A DNA stretch of 32,000 bases from Ktedonobacterales bacterium. GTDB taxonomy: Bacteria > Chloroflexota > Ktedonobacteria > Ktedonobacterales > JADMIN01. The stretch spans positions 630,001 through 662,000 of the forward strand of contig CP126532.1 of the NCBI GenBank assembly GCA_030167145.1, given 5' to 3'. How positions within the stretch are numbered: the first letter of the stretch is position 1; the number at the start of each line of letters is the position of its first letter. This document shows positions 8,942 to 17,037 of this stretch, piece after piece. A model generated the notes under the pieces. The model saw only the letters and a list, made by a program, of their open reading frames with translations. It ran no database searches and was not told the DNA's origin. Made by a program: the position numbers and the translations under genes.

Positions 8942-10234
8942 CTACGAGAGTTCACGGTCAACGATGGCAAAGATGTCGTGCAGCCGTGCGAGCAGGTCGT
9001 CAACCTCGTCAGGTGCGATGATGAGCGGCGGGGCGATGAGAAAGTGTTCGCCATCTCCGCCCTCGGCCTCACCATGCCCCAAATAGAGGATGATCCCTGC
9101 ATCCCACGCGCGACTGACGAGCTGCTGCGCCAGGCCCGCTCGTGGCTCCAGCAGCACACCGCGCATTAACCCATGCCCGCGAATCGCGCGGACCCAGGAG
9201 TACTGGGTGGATAGCGTTTCGAGTCCAGCGACGAGACGTGCGCCCTGGGTTGCCGCATTGGCCACCACGTTCTCTTGTGTCAGGATCTCCAGCACCTTGG
9301 CTCCGACCGCCGTGCTGAGGGGATTTCCGCTATAGGTGAGGCCGTGAGCAAATCGGCCAGTGCCAGTACGTATGATGTCATACACCGGCTGCGAGGCGAT
9401 GACCGCGCCCAAAGGCGCATACCCGCCAGACAGACCCTTTGCCACAGTGATGAGATCGGGCGTCACCCTATCGTGTTCATATCCCATCATCCTGCCGGTG
9501 CGCCCGAAGCCGGTCATGACCTCATCGAGAATGAGGATGATGCCATGCTGATCGCAGAGGCGTCGCAACCCCGGCAGATAGCCAGTATGAGGCACAAAGC
9601 CACTCCGCGAAGCGCCACCCACAGGCTCGACCATGATCGCGGCAACCGTCTCGGCTCCGAACTGCTGAACCGCCTGCTCAAACGGGCTGAGGCAGGCACA
9701 GGTGCCATGTTCCGAGATGCCAGGGCACGCGGCTTTCGGCGGATCTACCTGTACGAATGCTTCTGAGAGCAATGGATAGTATGGACGCTGGCGCTCAGCC
9801 AGCCCTGAGGCGGCAAGCGCGCCAAGCGTATTGCCGTGGTAGCTGGCACGCCGCGAGAGTACGCGATAGCGCTCTGGCTCACCGCGCTCCAGGTGAATCT
9901 GACGGGCGAGTTTCACCACTGTCTCCGTCGCCTCCGAGCCACCAGACACCGGATAGGTATACCAACCGGGAGCGCCAAGCGCATCATTGACGCGCGTGGC
10001 GAATTCTTCTTGCGCCGCGGTGGTGAAGCGCAGCGTGTGGGCGAACGTCACTCGCTGTGCCTGTTCATAAAGCGTTCGTGCAAGGTCTTCGCGGCCATGC
10101 CCCAGATTCGCGACCAGTGCGCCAGACGCGGCGTCAATGTATCGCTTGCCATCAGTGCTCCAGAGATAGATTCCCTTCCCATGTGAAATCTTGGGGTAAG
10201 TTACGTTCATATCCCGATAGAACACGTGTGACAT
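8942..10234 (-). CDS. Class-III (omega) PLP-dependent aminotransferase
   Basis: Contains LILDEVMTGFGRTGRMMG and the PLP-lysine motif ITVAKGLSGGYAPLGA, with N-terminal GKGIYLWSTDGKRYIDAASG. The start is set at ATG 10234 (AGGAGGA at 10241..10247 on the minus strand, 6-nt spacer), not 10324. Confidence 0.9.
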   Translation of the reverse strand: MSHVFYRDMNVTYPKISHGKGIYLWSTDGKRYIDAASGALVANLGHGREDLARTLYEQAQRVTFAHTLRFTTAAQEEFATRVNDALGAPGWYTYPVSGGSEATETVVKLARQIHLERGEPERYRVLSRRASYHGNTLGALAASGLAERQRPYYPLLSEAFVQVDPPKAACPGISEHGTCACLSPFEQAVQQFGAETVAAIMVEPVGGASRSGFVPHTGYLPGLRRLCDQHGIILILDEVMTGFGRTGRMMGYEHDRVTPDLITVAKGLSGGYAPLGAVIASQPVYDIIRTGTGRFAHGLTYSGNPLSTAVGAKVLEILTQENVVANAATQGARLVAGLETLSTQYSWVRAIRGHGLMRGVLLEPRAGLAQQLVSRAWDAGIILYLGHGEAEGGDGEHFLIAPPLIIAPDEVDDLLARLHDIFAIVDRELS

Positions 10235-10400
10235 GGATTGTCCTCCTGCTGAGCGAGTAATCGCGCTTGCTGCCGCTCCATGATACAGTGCCTCAGCTAG
10301 TAGTCCCACTGCCATTTGTGACATATCTGTCTCATGGTACGCTTTCTCGGCAGGTATTTATACGTAGTCAGGTGGCATGATGCGGTGAACAGGGGATGAA

Positions 10401-11732
10401 ATGAACATGATGCGCCGTGTGCGATCATCCATGGCTCTTGGGAGCTTGAAAGCCGCATTTCAAGCGACCCAACAGAAACAAGCGGCTTTTCCTCGGGACT
10501 CTTCGGAAGCAGCCCCACCTTTAGCATGGCGACGTGTAGTGCGGCAGGCAGTTGGTATGTGGCTGGTTGTGGAGATTGCCATGGTCATCTTCACCTACTT
10601 TTCCCAATTACTAACCCTGCACCATCTGGCACATCCCTATGCTGCCGTCACCCCACAGCAAATGGTTCTCGCGTGGAAACGACATGATGCGGATTGGTAT
10701 CTTGCCATTGCTCAATACGGCTATACCCGCCCCGAACAGACGGCCTTCTTCCCGCTCTATCCGCTTCTGATCAAGCTATGCTCCCCATTTACATTCTTCA
10801 ATTGGCCGCTTGCGGCGCTGCTTGTGAGCAATCTTGCGCTGCTGGGCGCGTTCTGTGCGCTGGCGCTGCTGGCCGTGCATGAGCAACCCAATGAGCCGCG
10901 TGCCTCCGCTGCCACAATTCGCGCGCTTATCGCCTATCCGCTCGCCTTTTTCTTTTTTGCCCCCTACACAGAGTCGGTGTTTCTGCTCTTGGCAGTGCTG
11001 GCCCTGCTGGCCGCGCGGCGTGGCTGGTGGCGCGCCGCGCCATTTGCCGCTTTTCTCGCCGGACTGACGCGACCCGTTGGCATTGTTCTCATTCTGCCGC
11101 TGCTTGTTGAGTTCGGCTCCCAGCGTGGCTGGTGGCGACGCCCGTGGCGAATTCCGCCGCTACTTGGCCCGAATGGCCTGCTCGCCGCGCTCCCTACCCT
11201 CCTTGCGGTACCTGCGGCTGTTGCCGTGTATGCGGGCTACTGCGCGTTGCGCTTCGGTAACCCACTCGAATTCGGGAGCGTCGAGACATTTTGGGGACGG
11301 TCATTTGAGGCACCCTGGCGCGTGGCGAGGCTTCTTGGTGGCGTTCTCTGGCGCATACCCGCAGGCACCTACAATCAGGCACGGTTACTGGTAGATGCCG
11401 GGCCTTTGCTGCTCATTCTTGGCCTGACTGTGCTGTGCTGCCTCCCACGTTTTGGGGCAGGTGGCTTTAGTCGTCGTTTGCCGCTGGTCTACATTCTGTA
11501 TATGGCTGGCCTCATCGCGATCAGCACACTCTCACCAGTGCAAGGGCCAGAAGGTGGACTGTTCCCATTTGCCTCGGTTGGTCGCTATCTCGCCGTTAGC
11601 TTTCCCATTTTCTTGGCGTTGGGCCGGTGGTCCAATCGCTCGGTGTGGATAGAGTACGCGGTTGGCTATGGCGGCACGATGCTCATGGCCTTGTTTGCGG
11701 GCTTTTACCTCGTCGGCGGCTGGATCATCTGA
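10401..11732 (+). CDS. Polytopic membrane glycosyltransferase, PIG-V/GT-C mannosyltransferase-like (tentative)
   Basis: 443 aa with about 10 or more hydrophobic helices. The loop motif WKRHDADWYLAIAQYGYTRPEQTAFFPLYPLLIK resembles the Mannosyl_trans2 family signature. Confidence 0.7.
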   Translation: MNMMRRVRSSMALGSLKAAFQATQQKQAAFPRDSSEAAPPLAWRRVVRQAVGMWLVVEIAMVIFTYFSQLLTLHHLAHPYAAVTPQQMVLAWKRHDADWYLAIAQYGYTRPEQTAFFPLYPLLIKLCSPFTFFNWPLAALLVSNLALLGAFCALALLAVHEQPNEPRASAATIRALIAYPLAFFFFAPYTESVFLLLAVLALLAARRGWWRAAPFAAFLAGLTRPVGIVLILPLLVEFGSQRGWWRRPWRIPPLLGPNGLLAALPTLLAVPAAVAVYAGYCALRFGNPLEFGSVETFWGRSFEAPWRVARLLGGVLWRIPAGTYNQARLLVDAGPLLLILGLTVLCCLPRFGAGGFSRRLPLVYILYMAGLIAISTLSPVQGPEGGLFPFASVGRYLAVSFPIFLALGRWSNRSVWIEYAVGYGGTMLMALFAGFYLVGGWII

Positions 11733-12175
11733 TCTCGGATGCGCACTTCTTCAGCGGTCGGCCCGGTGGGAATACGCAGCAACGTGTCCGCGGCGCCGTG
11801 CAGTGCGTCACGGATGCGGTTCACATGCTCCGGGAAGGTGTTTGACGGGAAGGCATCTGGCGCGAACCAGCGCACCGCATCACTCTCATCGCTCGTCGCC
11901 AATGTCCCGCTCACCACGCGACAGAGAAACGAGAAGATGATCTCATCCTTCTTGCCAGCCCAGCTATACACGCCCACCAGTCTCGTGACTTCTACGTCCA
12001 GCCCCGTTTCCTCGCGGACCTCACGCACGACGCCCTCCCACGGCGCTTCACCGCTCTCCAAGCCGCCACCCGGTTGATTCCAGTAATCGCAATCGGTCCG
12101 GTGGCAGAGCAATACCCGCCCCTGATCATTTAGCACAGTCGCGAACACGCCAACGGCAAATCTATCAAATCGCAT
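11705..12175 (-). CDS. NUDIX hydrolase
   Basis: Perfect NUDIX box GGGLESGEAPWEGVVREVREETGL (G-x5-E-x7-R-E-U-x-E-E-x-G-U). The start is set at ATG 12175 (GAGGAG at 12183..12188, 7-nt spacer). Confidence 0.85.
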   Translation of the reverse strand: MRFDRFAVGVFATVLNDQGRVLLCHRTDCDYWNQPGGGLESGEAPWEGVVREVREETGLDVEVTRLVGVYSWAGKKDEIIFSFLCRVVSGTLATSDESDAVRWFAPDAFPSNTFPEHVNRIRDALHGAADTLLRIPTGPTAEEVRIRDQMIQPPTR

Positions 12176-12306
12176 GGGACGGCTCCTCATACTTGCTCGA
12201 TATGTAACGATGGTATCCATCCAAATCAACGGATATCCTGCCCACAAGGCAACCAATGAAGTACAATATTTGGATAGGTATGACTCTAGCTATTTCGTGA
12301 GGAGAC

Positions 12307-12972
12307 ATGCAGATGGCGCAATTGCAGGCGGTGGATATTCCGGTCAGACATGGCATGCTCGAAGGTTTGCTTCGCTCCCCGGACCTCGGTACGGTGTCGC
12401 CGCACATGGCTGCCGTCGTCTGTCATCCACTGCCCACTGGCGGCGGCACGATGCACAACAAGGTTGTGTTCCGCGTCGCTCAGGCGCTCGGCGAACTCGG
12501 CATGCCGGTGTTGCGTTTCAATTTCCGGGGGGTGGGTCGCAGCACCGGCGAGTTCGATGATGGCAAGAGCGAGCCGGAAGATGTGCGAGCGGCGCTCGAT
12601 GAGATGGCGCGTCGGTTTCCAGAGATCCCACTCTGCCTTGCGGGCTTCTCATTCGGCTCAAAAGTTGGCCTGCCGGTCGGTTGCGCAGATGCGCGGGTGC
12701 GGCAACTCATCGGCGTAGGCGTTCCGGTGTCAGCGTTGCGTGTGGATGTGCTCAGCGGGTGTACGAAACCCAAGCTCATCATCCAGGGTGAACACGACGA
12801 ATACGGTCCACTACCTGAACTTCACGCCTGGTTTGAGCGGCTGGCGCAACCCAAAGCACTCATCACCATACCCGAAGCCGATCATTTCTTCACTGGGCGC
12901 CAGCAGCAGCTTCGTGATGCTGTTCTCGCGTACTTTCACTCAGGTGATCCAGCGGCGGGTGATCCACACTGA
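12307..12972 (+). CDS. Alpha/beta-fold hydrolase (COG2945-like)
   Basis: Contains CHPLPTGGGTMHNKVV, RFNFRGVGRSTGEFD and the nucleophile elbow GFSFGS. GAGGAG lies at 12298..12303; the alternative start is ATG 12313. Confidence 0.8.
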   Translation: MQMAQLQAVDIPVRHGMLEGLLRSPDLGTVSPHMAAVVCHPLPTGGGTMHNKVVFRVAQALGELGMPVLRFNFRGVGRSTGEFDDGKSEPEDVRAALDEMARRFPEIPLCLAGFSFGSKVGLPVGCADARVRQLIGVGVPVSALRVDVLSGCTKPKLIIQGEHDEYGPLPELHAWFERLAQPKALITIPEADHFFTGRQQQLRDAVLAYFHSGDPAAGDPH

Positions 12973-13108
12973 ACAACCATGCGCGGCAGGTTTGAGAGAC
13001 TGCCGGGGCGATACTTGATCAAACCCTTCATCCTGACTACGGGCATTCAGGAGCAGACAGGGCCTATGATTGATGAGGGAATCTCCGACTGCCAATATCG
13101 CTCACACC

Positions 13109-13138
13109 TTGACCGTTGCTGTGGCTTCATGGTAAAAA
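13109..13138 (+). promoter_or_regulatory. Candidate sigma-70-type promoter of the CarH-like operon (TTGACC, 18-nt spacer, extended -10 TGgTAAAAA)
   Basis: TTGACC at 13109..13114, TG at 13130..13131 and TAAAAA at 13133..13138, read directly from the sequence. This implies the track start at 13116 is not real. Confidence 0.4.
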
Positions 13139-13139
13139 C

Positions 13140-13159
13140 AGTGAACAAATAGTGGACAA
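13140..13159 (+). promoter_or_regulatory. Tandem 11-bp-phased direct repeat AGTGAACAA / AGTGGACAA; candidate CarH/LitR operator
   Basis: AGTGAACAA at 13140..13148 and AGTGGACAA at 13151..13159 (8 of 9 identical, 11-bp period), immediately downstream of the putative -10 element. Confidence 0.35.
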
Positions 13160-13259
13160 GTGCGAACTGCGCGCGCTACTATTGAGGGATAGGAAGCGCA
13201 TCCGTGGGGGCGATGTAGATGCGGCAGGCGCCAGAAGCCAGGGATTCGGAGGACTGCGG

Positions 13260-14267
13260 ATGGACGGAAGGGAACCACGAGTTCAGCCGCCAACGCTGGA
13301 AAACTACTCGGATATGCCGCTGTTTAACACGAAGGCCGTGGTGCATAATACCGGCGTACCCGCTCCTACCTTGCGCGCATGGGAACGGCGCTATGGTATA
13401 CTCGCGCCGCGCCGTGGCGAAAACGACTACCGGCTCTACTCTGAGCGCGACATGATTATGGTGTCATGGTTGCGCGAACGAGTTGAGAGTGGCATGACCA
13501 TCAGCCAGGCAATCGCTCTGCTGCGCTCGCTCGAACCTCTTCGTAAGGGCAAGGGCCGCCGCGCGCGCGCCCATATCACCGTATCTCAAGATACTTCCGG
13601 ACAGCCTAACGCTATCGCGCCCAGCCGGTTTTCAGTCGAAGATCTTTCCGTTACTTTGCTTCACCAGTTCACCGCCTTGGATGAACCCAGCGCCAGCCGA
13701 ACGATCTCGCAGGCACTGGCTATCTACAGTGTCGAAGATGTGTGTATCTCACTCTTTACGCCGACACTGGTCGAAATCGGCAAACGATGGGCGTCGGGCG
13801 AGCTAAGTGTCACGGTAGAGCACTTTGCGTCAGCGGTTATCCGCGCGCAACTTGATTGTTTGTTTCGGAGCGCAGCGGGCGTGGAAAGTGGTCCACTCGT
13901 GCTGGTGGGTTGCGCCCCAGGTGAGATGCATGAACTAGGATCGCTCATGTTGGCCCTATTTCTGCGTCGCGCAGGGATACGGGTGGCGTACCTTGGCCAG
14001 AACGTCGAGATTGCCAGTCTGTTGACCTCTATGCGCACGCTCAAACCCGCGTGTCTGGTGCTCTCGGCGGCGACCCACTCGCACATAGACGCCCTTGCGG
14101 AGGTTGGCCATGTCCTTGAACGCGAAGTTGGACTTCGGACGCTCTTCTTCTTTGGAGGACAAGCGTTCGTGGGCGAGCCGGAGCTGGCACAGTCAATTCC
14201 GGGCCGGTATCTTTCTGGAGATGCACACCAAGCGACAGATGAATTGAAGAAGAAGATGACAGCCTGA
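13260..14267 (+). CDS. CarH/LitR-type regulator: MerR-family HTH fused to a cobalamin-binding domain
   Basis: MerR HTH FNTKAVVHNTGVPAPTLRAWERRYGILAPRRGENDYRLYSERD. Helical-bundle cap motif W-x9-E-H (W at 13788..13790, EH at 13818..13823). Rossmann B12 motif GEMHELG (His at 13929..13931). The start is set at ATG 13260 (GGAGGA at 13248..13253, 6-nt spacer); ATG 13314 is also possible. Confidence 0.85.
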   Translation: MDGREPRVQPPTLENYSDMPLFNTKAVVHNTGVPAPTLRAWERRYGILAPRRGENDYRLYSERDMIMVSWLRERVESGMTISQAIALLRSLEPLRKGKGRRARAHITVSQDTSGQPNAIAPSRFSVEDLSVTLLHQFTALDEPSASRTISQALAIYSVEDVCISLFTPTLVEIGKRWASGELSVTVEHFASAVIRAQLDCLFRSAAGVESGPLVLVGCAPGEMHELGSLMLALFLRRAGIRVAYLGQNVEIASLLTSMRTLKPACLVLSAATHSHIDALAEVGHVLEREVGLRTLFFFGGQAFVGEPELAQSIPGRYLSGDAHQATDELKKKMTA

Positions 14268-15172
14268 TGCTTACTGAAACACCGCAGCATATCGCCTACG
14301 ACAAAGTCACTCGCAGGAAGCGGCCATTTCTCTTCCGCTTGCCGGTCTATGCCTATGCTGGCGCTCTGCTCACCACAGCGGCTTGGATATCGAGTTGGAC
14401 ACGTATTGGCCCGTGGAGCTATACGTTCTTCGCAATCTGGTTCGGCTTCATCCTCGTGCTGGACGGTGTAAATGTCGCACGTAGTGGTACGTCCTATTTG
14501 ACACGCAGCCGTACCCGCTTCGTTGCGCTGTTTCTCATTTCGAGTCTGTTCTGGTGGGTCTTTGAAGGCTTGAATGTGCCCGTCCAAAACTGGCACTACG
14601 TGACAGAGCGTTACTATTCACCGCTGGCATTCTTCCTCATCGCGTCGCTCAACTTCAGTACCGTGTTGCCCGCCGTGATGGAGATGGCCGAACTGGTTAC
14701 AAGTTTTCCAGGGCTGCGACCCCGGCTGGCCGCGAATGATCCTGGGCCGAGATTGCGTGTACGTACCGCGCTGATACTGATAGCGGTGGGCATCCTGATG
14801 TTGACGCTGCCGTTCTTTTTCCCACGCTATGCCTTTGGACTGCTCTGGCTCTGCCTGATCTTTTTGTTAGACCCAATCAACAACCTTGCCCGTCGCAAGT
14901 CGGCTTTCGGGCACCTGCTGGCAGGCGACTGGCGCTTTCTCGTTGCGTTGCCGCTATCTGGGGTGCTCTGCGGCTTTTTCTGGGAAATGTGGAACTACTT
15001 CGCCCTGCCCAAATGGTATTACACTGTTCCCTTTGTGGATGATGCGCTACATCTCTTCGAGATGCCGCTGCCCGGCTACCTGGGTTATCTGCCCTTTGCC
15101 GTTGAGCTATTTGTCATGTATCAGTTCGCACTGCTCGTCTTGCGTCGCAAGCAGGACAATCTGATGTTCTAG
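14267..15172 (+). CDS. Polytopic membrane protein of unknown function with an internal two-fold repeat
   Basis: 301 aa with about 8 hydrophobic segments. Its start overlaps the regulator stop (TGATG at 14265..14269). I could not assign a family from memory. Confidence 0.75.
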   Translation: MLTETPQHIAYDKVTRRKRPFLFRLPVYAYAGALLTTAAWISSWTRIGPWSYTFFAIWFGFILVLDGVNVARSGTSYLTRSRTRFVALFLISSLFWWVFEGLNVPVQNWHYVTERYYSPLAFFLIASLNFSTVLPAVMEMAELVTSFPGLRPRLAANDPGPRLRVRTALILIAVGILMLTLPFFFPRYAFGLLWLCLIFLLDPINNLARRKSAFGHLLAGDWRFLVALPLSGVLCGFFWEMWNYFALPKWYYTVPFVDDALHLFEMPLPGYLGYLPFAVELFVMYQFALLVLRRKQDNLMF

Positions 15173-15286
15173 CGCGTCTGCAACTCTGGTTCTTCGGCGA
15201 ACGTACTAACCTCCGGAATATATAGGGAAGAACGAAAGGATAGGTGCGCGGTAGCGCATGCCATCGCGGATGGACTCCGGCGAGAT

Positions 15287-16042
15287 ATGCCGTCTCCGAT
15301 AACGAACTGCCATGCACCAAAAGCACACGATATGAGCATACTCAAACCTGGTGAAGTAGCGTTCGCCGCTGTAGCAAGAGCACAGTCGCGCGTATCATCG
15401 CGTGATTCCGGCCTATTGATAGGTCTGGACTGCGACGGCGTACTCGCCTCCGACCGCCTGCTCTGGAAGCAACTGCGGGAGCGATTCCCCGCGGATATTC
15501 CGGCACGATACGATGATCTCGCGTCGTTCGAGTGGCCGCGCGCCACGGATGCGACAACCGCGCACTGCATGGCGCTCAGCGCCGACCCATCCTTTATGGG
15601 GCGATTGGCTCCAATGCCGGATATGACGAGAGCGATTCGCCACCTGAGCCGCCGAGGCTTCCGATTTCACGTCATTACCGCACGCCCCGCATGTGTGCGC
15701 CGCGCGACCTGGCGGTGGCTGCACCGGCACGGCGTTGGGGATTGCATCGAACACATCACGTGCGTCGAAAGTGGCCTAGCGAAGGTGCCGCTGGCGCATA
15801 CGCTTGGCTGCATCGCGTTCGTTGAGGATAACCACACGACTGCTGAAGCCATGGGTGCGGATGGCATTCACTCGTATCTGCTGGATGCTCCGTACAATCG
15901 GATGTCCACACGGTATAGCAGACGTGTACGCGATTGGTCTACGCTGGTTGCGGAACTCTCGCGATTTGCCGCGCCGAAACTGGCGGTACGAACGTTTACC
16001 ATCGCTGCCAGCGTTCCAGAGGCGGCGGCGCTTGCGTCATAG
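15287..16042 (+). CDS. HAD-superfamily phosphatase, 5'(3')-deoxyribonucleotidase (NT5C)-like
   Basis: HAD motif I LIGLDCDGVLASD, motif II HVITARP, and a C-terminal FVEDNHTTAEAMGADGIHSYLLDAPYNR. The start is uncertain (15287, ATG 15332, or an internal TTG just before the DCDG motif), and no SD sequence is evident. Confidence 0.65.
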   Translation: MPSPITNCHAPKAHDMSILKPGEVAFAAVARAQSRVSSRDSGLLIGLDCDGVLASDRLLWKQLRERFPADIPARYDDLASFEWPRATDATTAHCMALSADPSFMGRLAPMPDMTRAIRHLSRRGFRFHVITARPACVRRATWRWLHRHGVGDCIEHITCVESGLAKVPLAHTLGCIAFVEDNHTTAEAMGADGIHSYLLDAPYNRMSTRYSRRVRDWSTLVAELSRFAAPKLAVRTFTIAASVPEAAALAS

Positions 16043-16243
16043 CGCATTCGGAACACATACGGTGGTTGTCATGAGGATCATCCATAACCGCAAGGCTGGG
16101 ACAGCGCCACCATGGTTAGACTTGACGTGACATGGCTTTGCCGGTAGAGTTACTGTTGTCTGCATCTTTCCGCGCACAATGCTGCGACATGGAGCTTCCT
16201 GGATTGACCGGCGAGATGCAGTGCCGCATGTCATCAGGCGTTC

Positions 16244-16272
16244 TTGACTGCTGATAGGCTTAGTGCTACACT
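16244..16272 (+). promoter_or_regulatory. Candidate promoter TTGACT-17-TACACT
   Basis: TTGACT at 16244..16249, an exactly 17-nt spacer, and TACACT at 16267..16272. It lies upstream of the hypothetical/NTase gene pair. Confidence 0.45.
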
Positions 16273-16444
16273 GCCTGCATACCGTAGGGCCTGCGGAAAT
16301 TCACGCTTGTGGAGGTGGCTTCGGGCCACGACATGACGGCGTAACCCATGCAAGGCTAGTATGCACGAGCCGATGGGTGCAGTCGTCAGCCCAAGAATCC
16401 CCTGTCGCCAGACGGTGGGAATGGTCAAAAGGGGGCACAGACCG

Positions 16445-16963
16445 ATGGCGCAACAATCGCAGCAAGGTATTCGGCCAGGCGGTGATGGTGGTCCCACGAC
16501 AGAGCTTGGTGAACGGGCCGAAATGTTGTTCAAGCGTGTGCGCGAAATCGAACAGACACTCGCCGCCCGTGAATGGTGGCTACTTGGACGAGAGTTGCCA
16601 GAAGCACGACTGCTTTCCGAGGTCAGCAGCCTTCTTGCGGTGGCGCGCGGCGAGCTGGAGACGGTACTTGCCGAATCCTTCGGGCGCACAATCCCACGCA
16701 CAGAGAGCACTGACCAATACCCGGTCCTCATGGAAGACGACCATGGTACTCATGATGCGGCCTGGTTGGCAGCGATACGTGGTCAGGCCATTGATTTGCT
16801 GCGGATGATCGCAGGCTCGCTCCCACCGATGATGCAATACGCGCAAATGCTCCGCCAATACGCTGAGCGGTTCAATGTTGATTCGAGCATCGTTGACGCC
16901 TTTCGGATTGTCGCTGACCGTTTGCACGAAGTCAGTGAGGCTATGCGGCAACCTCCTGGCTAG
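16445..16963 (+). CDS. Hypothetical helical protein
   Basis: This frame gives amphipathic-helix-like sequence (AEMLFKRVREIEQTLAAREWWLLGRELPEARLLSEV...). I recognised no family. The start is chosen at ATG 16445 (GGGGG at 16431..16435, 9-nt spacer); 16361 and 16421 are alternatives. Confidence 0.5.
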   Translation: MAQQSQQGIRPGGDGGPTTELGERAEMLFKRVREIEQTLAAREWWLLGRELPEARLLSEVSSLLAVARGELETVLAESFGRTIPRTESTDQYPVLMEDDHGTHDAAWLAAIRGQAIDLLRMIAGSLPPMMQYAQMLRQYAERFNVDSSIVDAFRIVADRLHEVSEAMRQPPG

Positions 16964-17037
16964 TTGCAGAGTCCCCATGTCCTCGACCGAGGCTGGCTGG
17001 AGCAGTTCTCAACGCTACCGAGGGAGGATCGCACACC

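Noticed and set aside
12219-12275. 8-bp inverted repeat ATCCAAAT...ATTTGGAT flanking a TACAAT hexamer in the NUDIX/hydrolase divergent region
   Set aside because: The repeat is short and lies in a relatively AT-rich spacer, and the -35 match (TGCCCA) is poor. It could easily arise by chance.
13116-13259. Track start of the MerR/B12 ORF at 13116
   Set aside because: The extension would begin inside the putative promoter and operator, and it adds an Arg/Gly-rich leader with no homology features. ATG 13260 has a GGAGGA RBS.
13724-14596. 290-aa minus-strand ORF
   Set aside because: It is antisense to the CarH-like and membrane-protein genes and has no motifs.
15169-15570. 133-aa minus-strand ORF overlapping the HAD phosphatase start region
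   Set aside because: It has Ser/Arg/Ala-rich antisense-type composition, whereas the plus-strand frame carries the DxDGV HAD motif.
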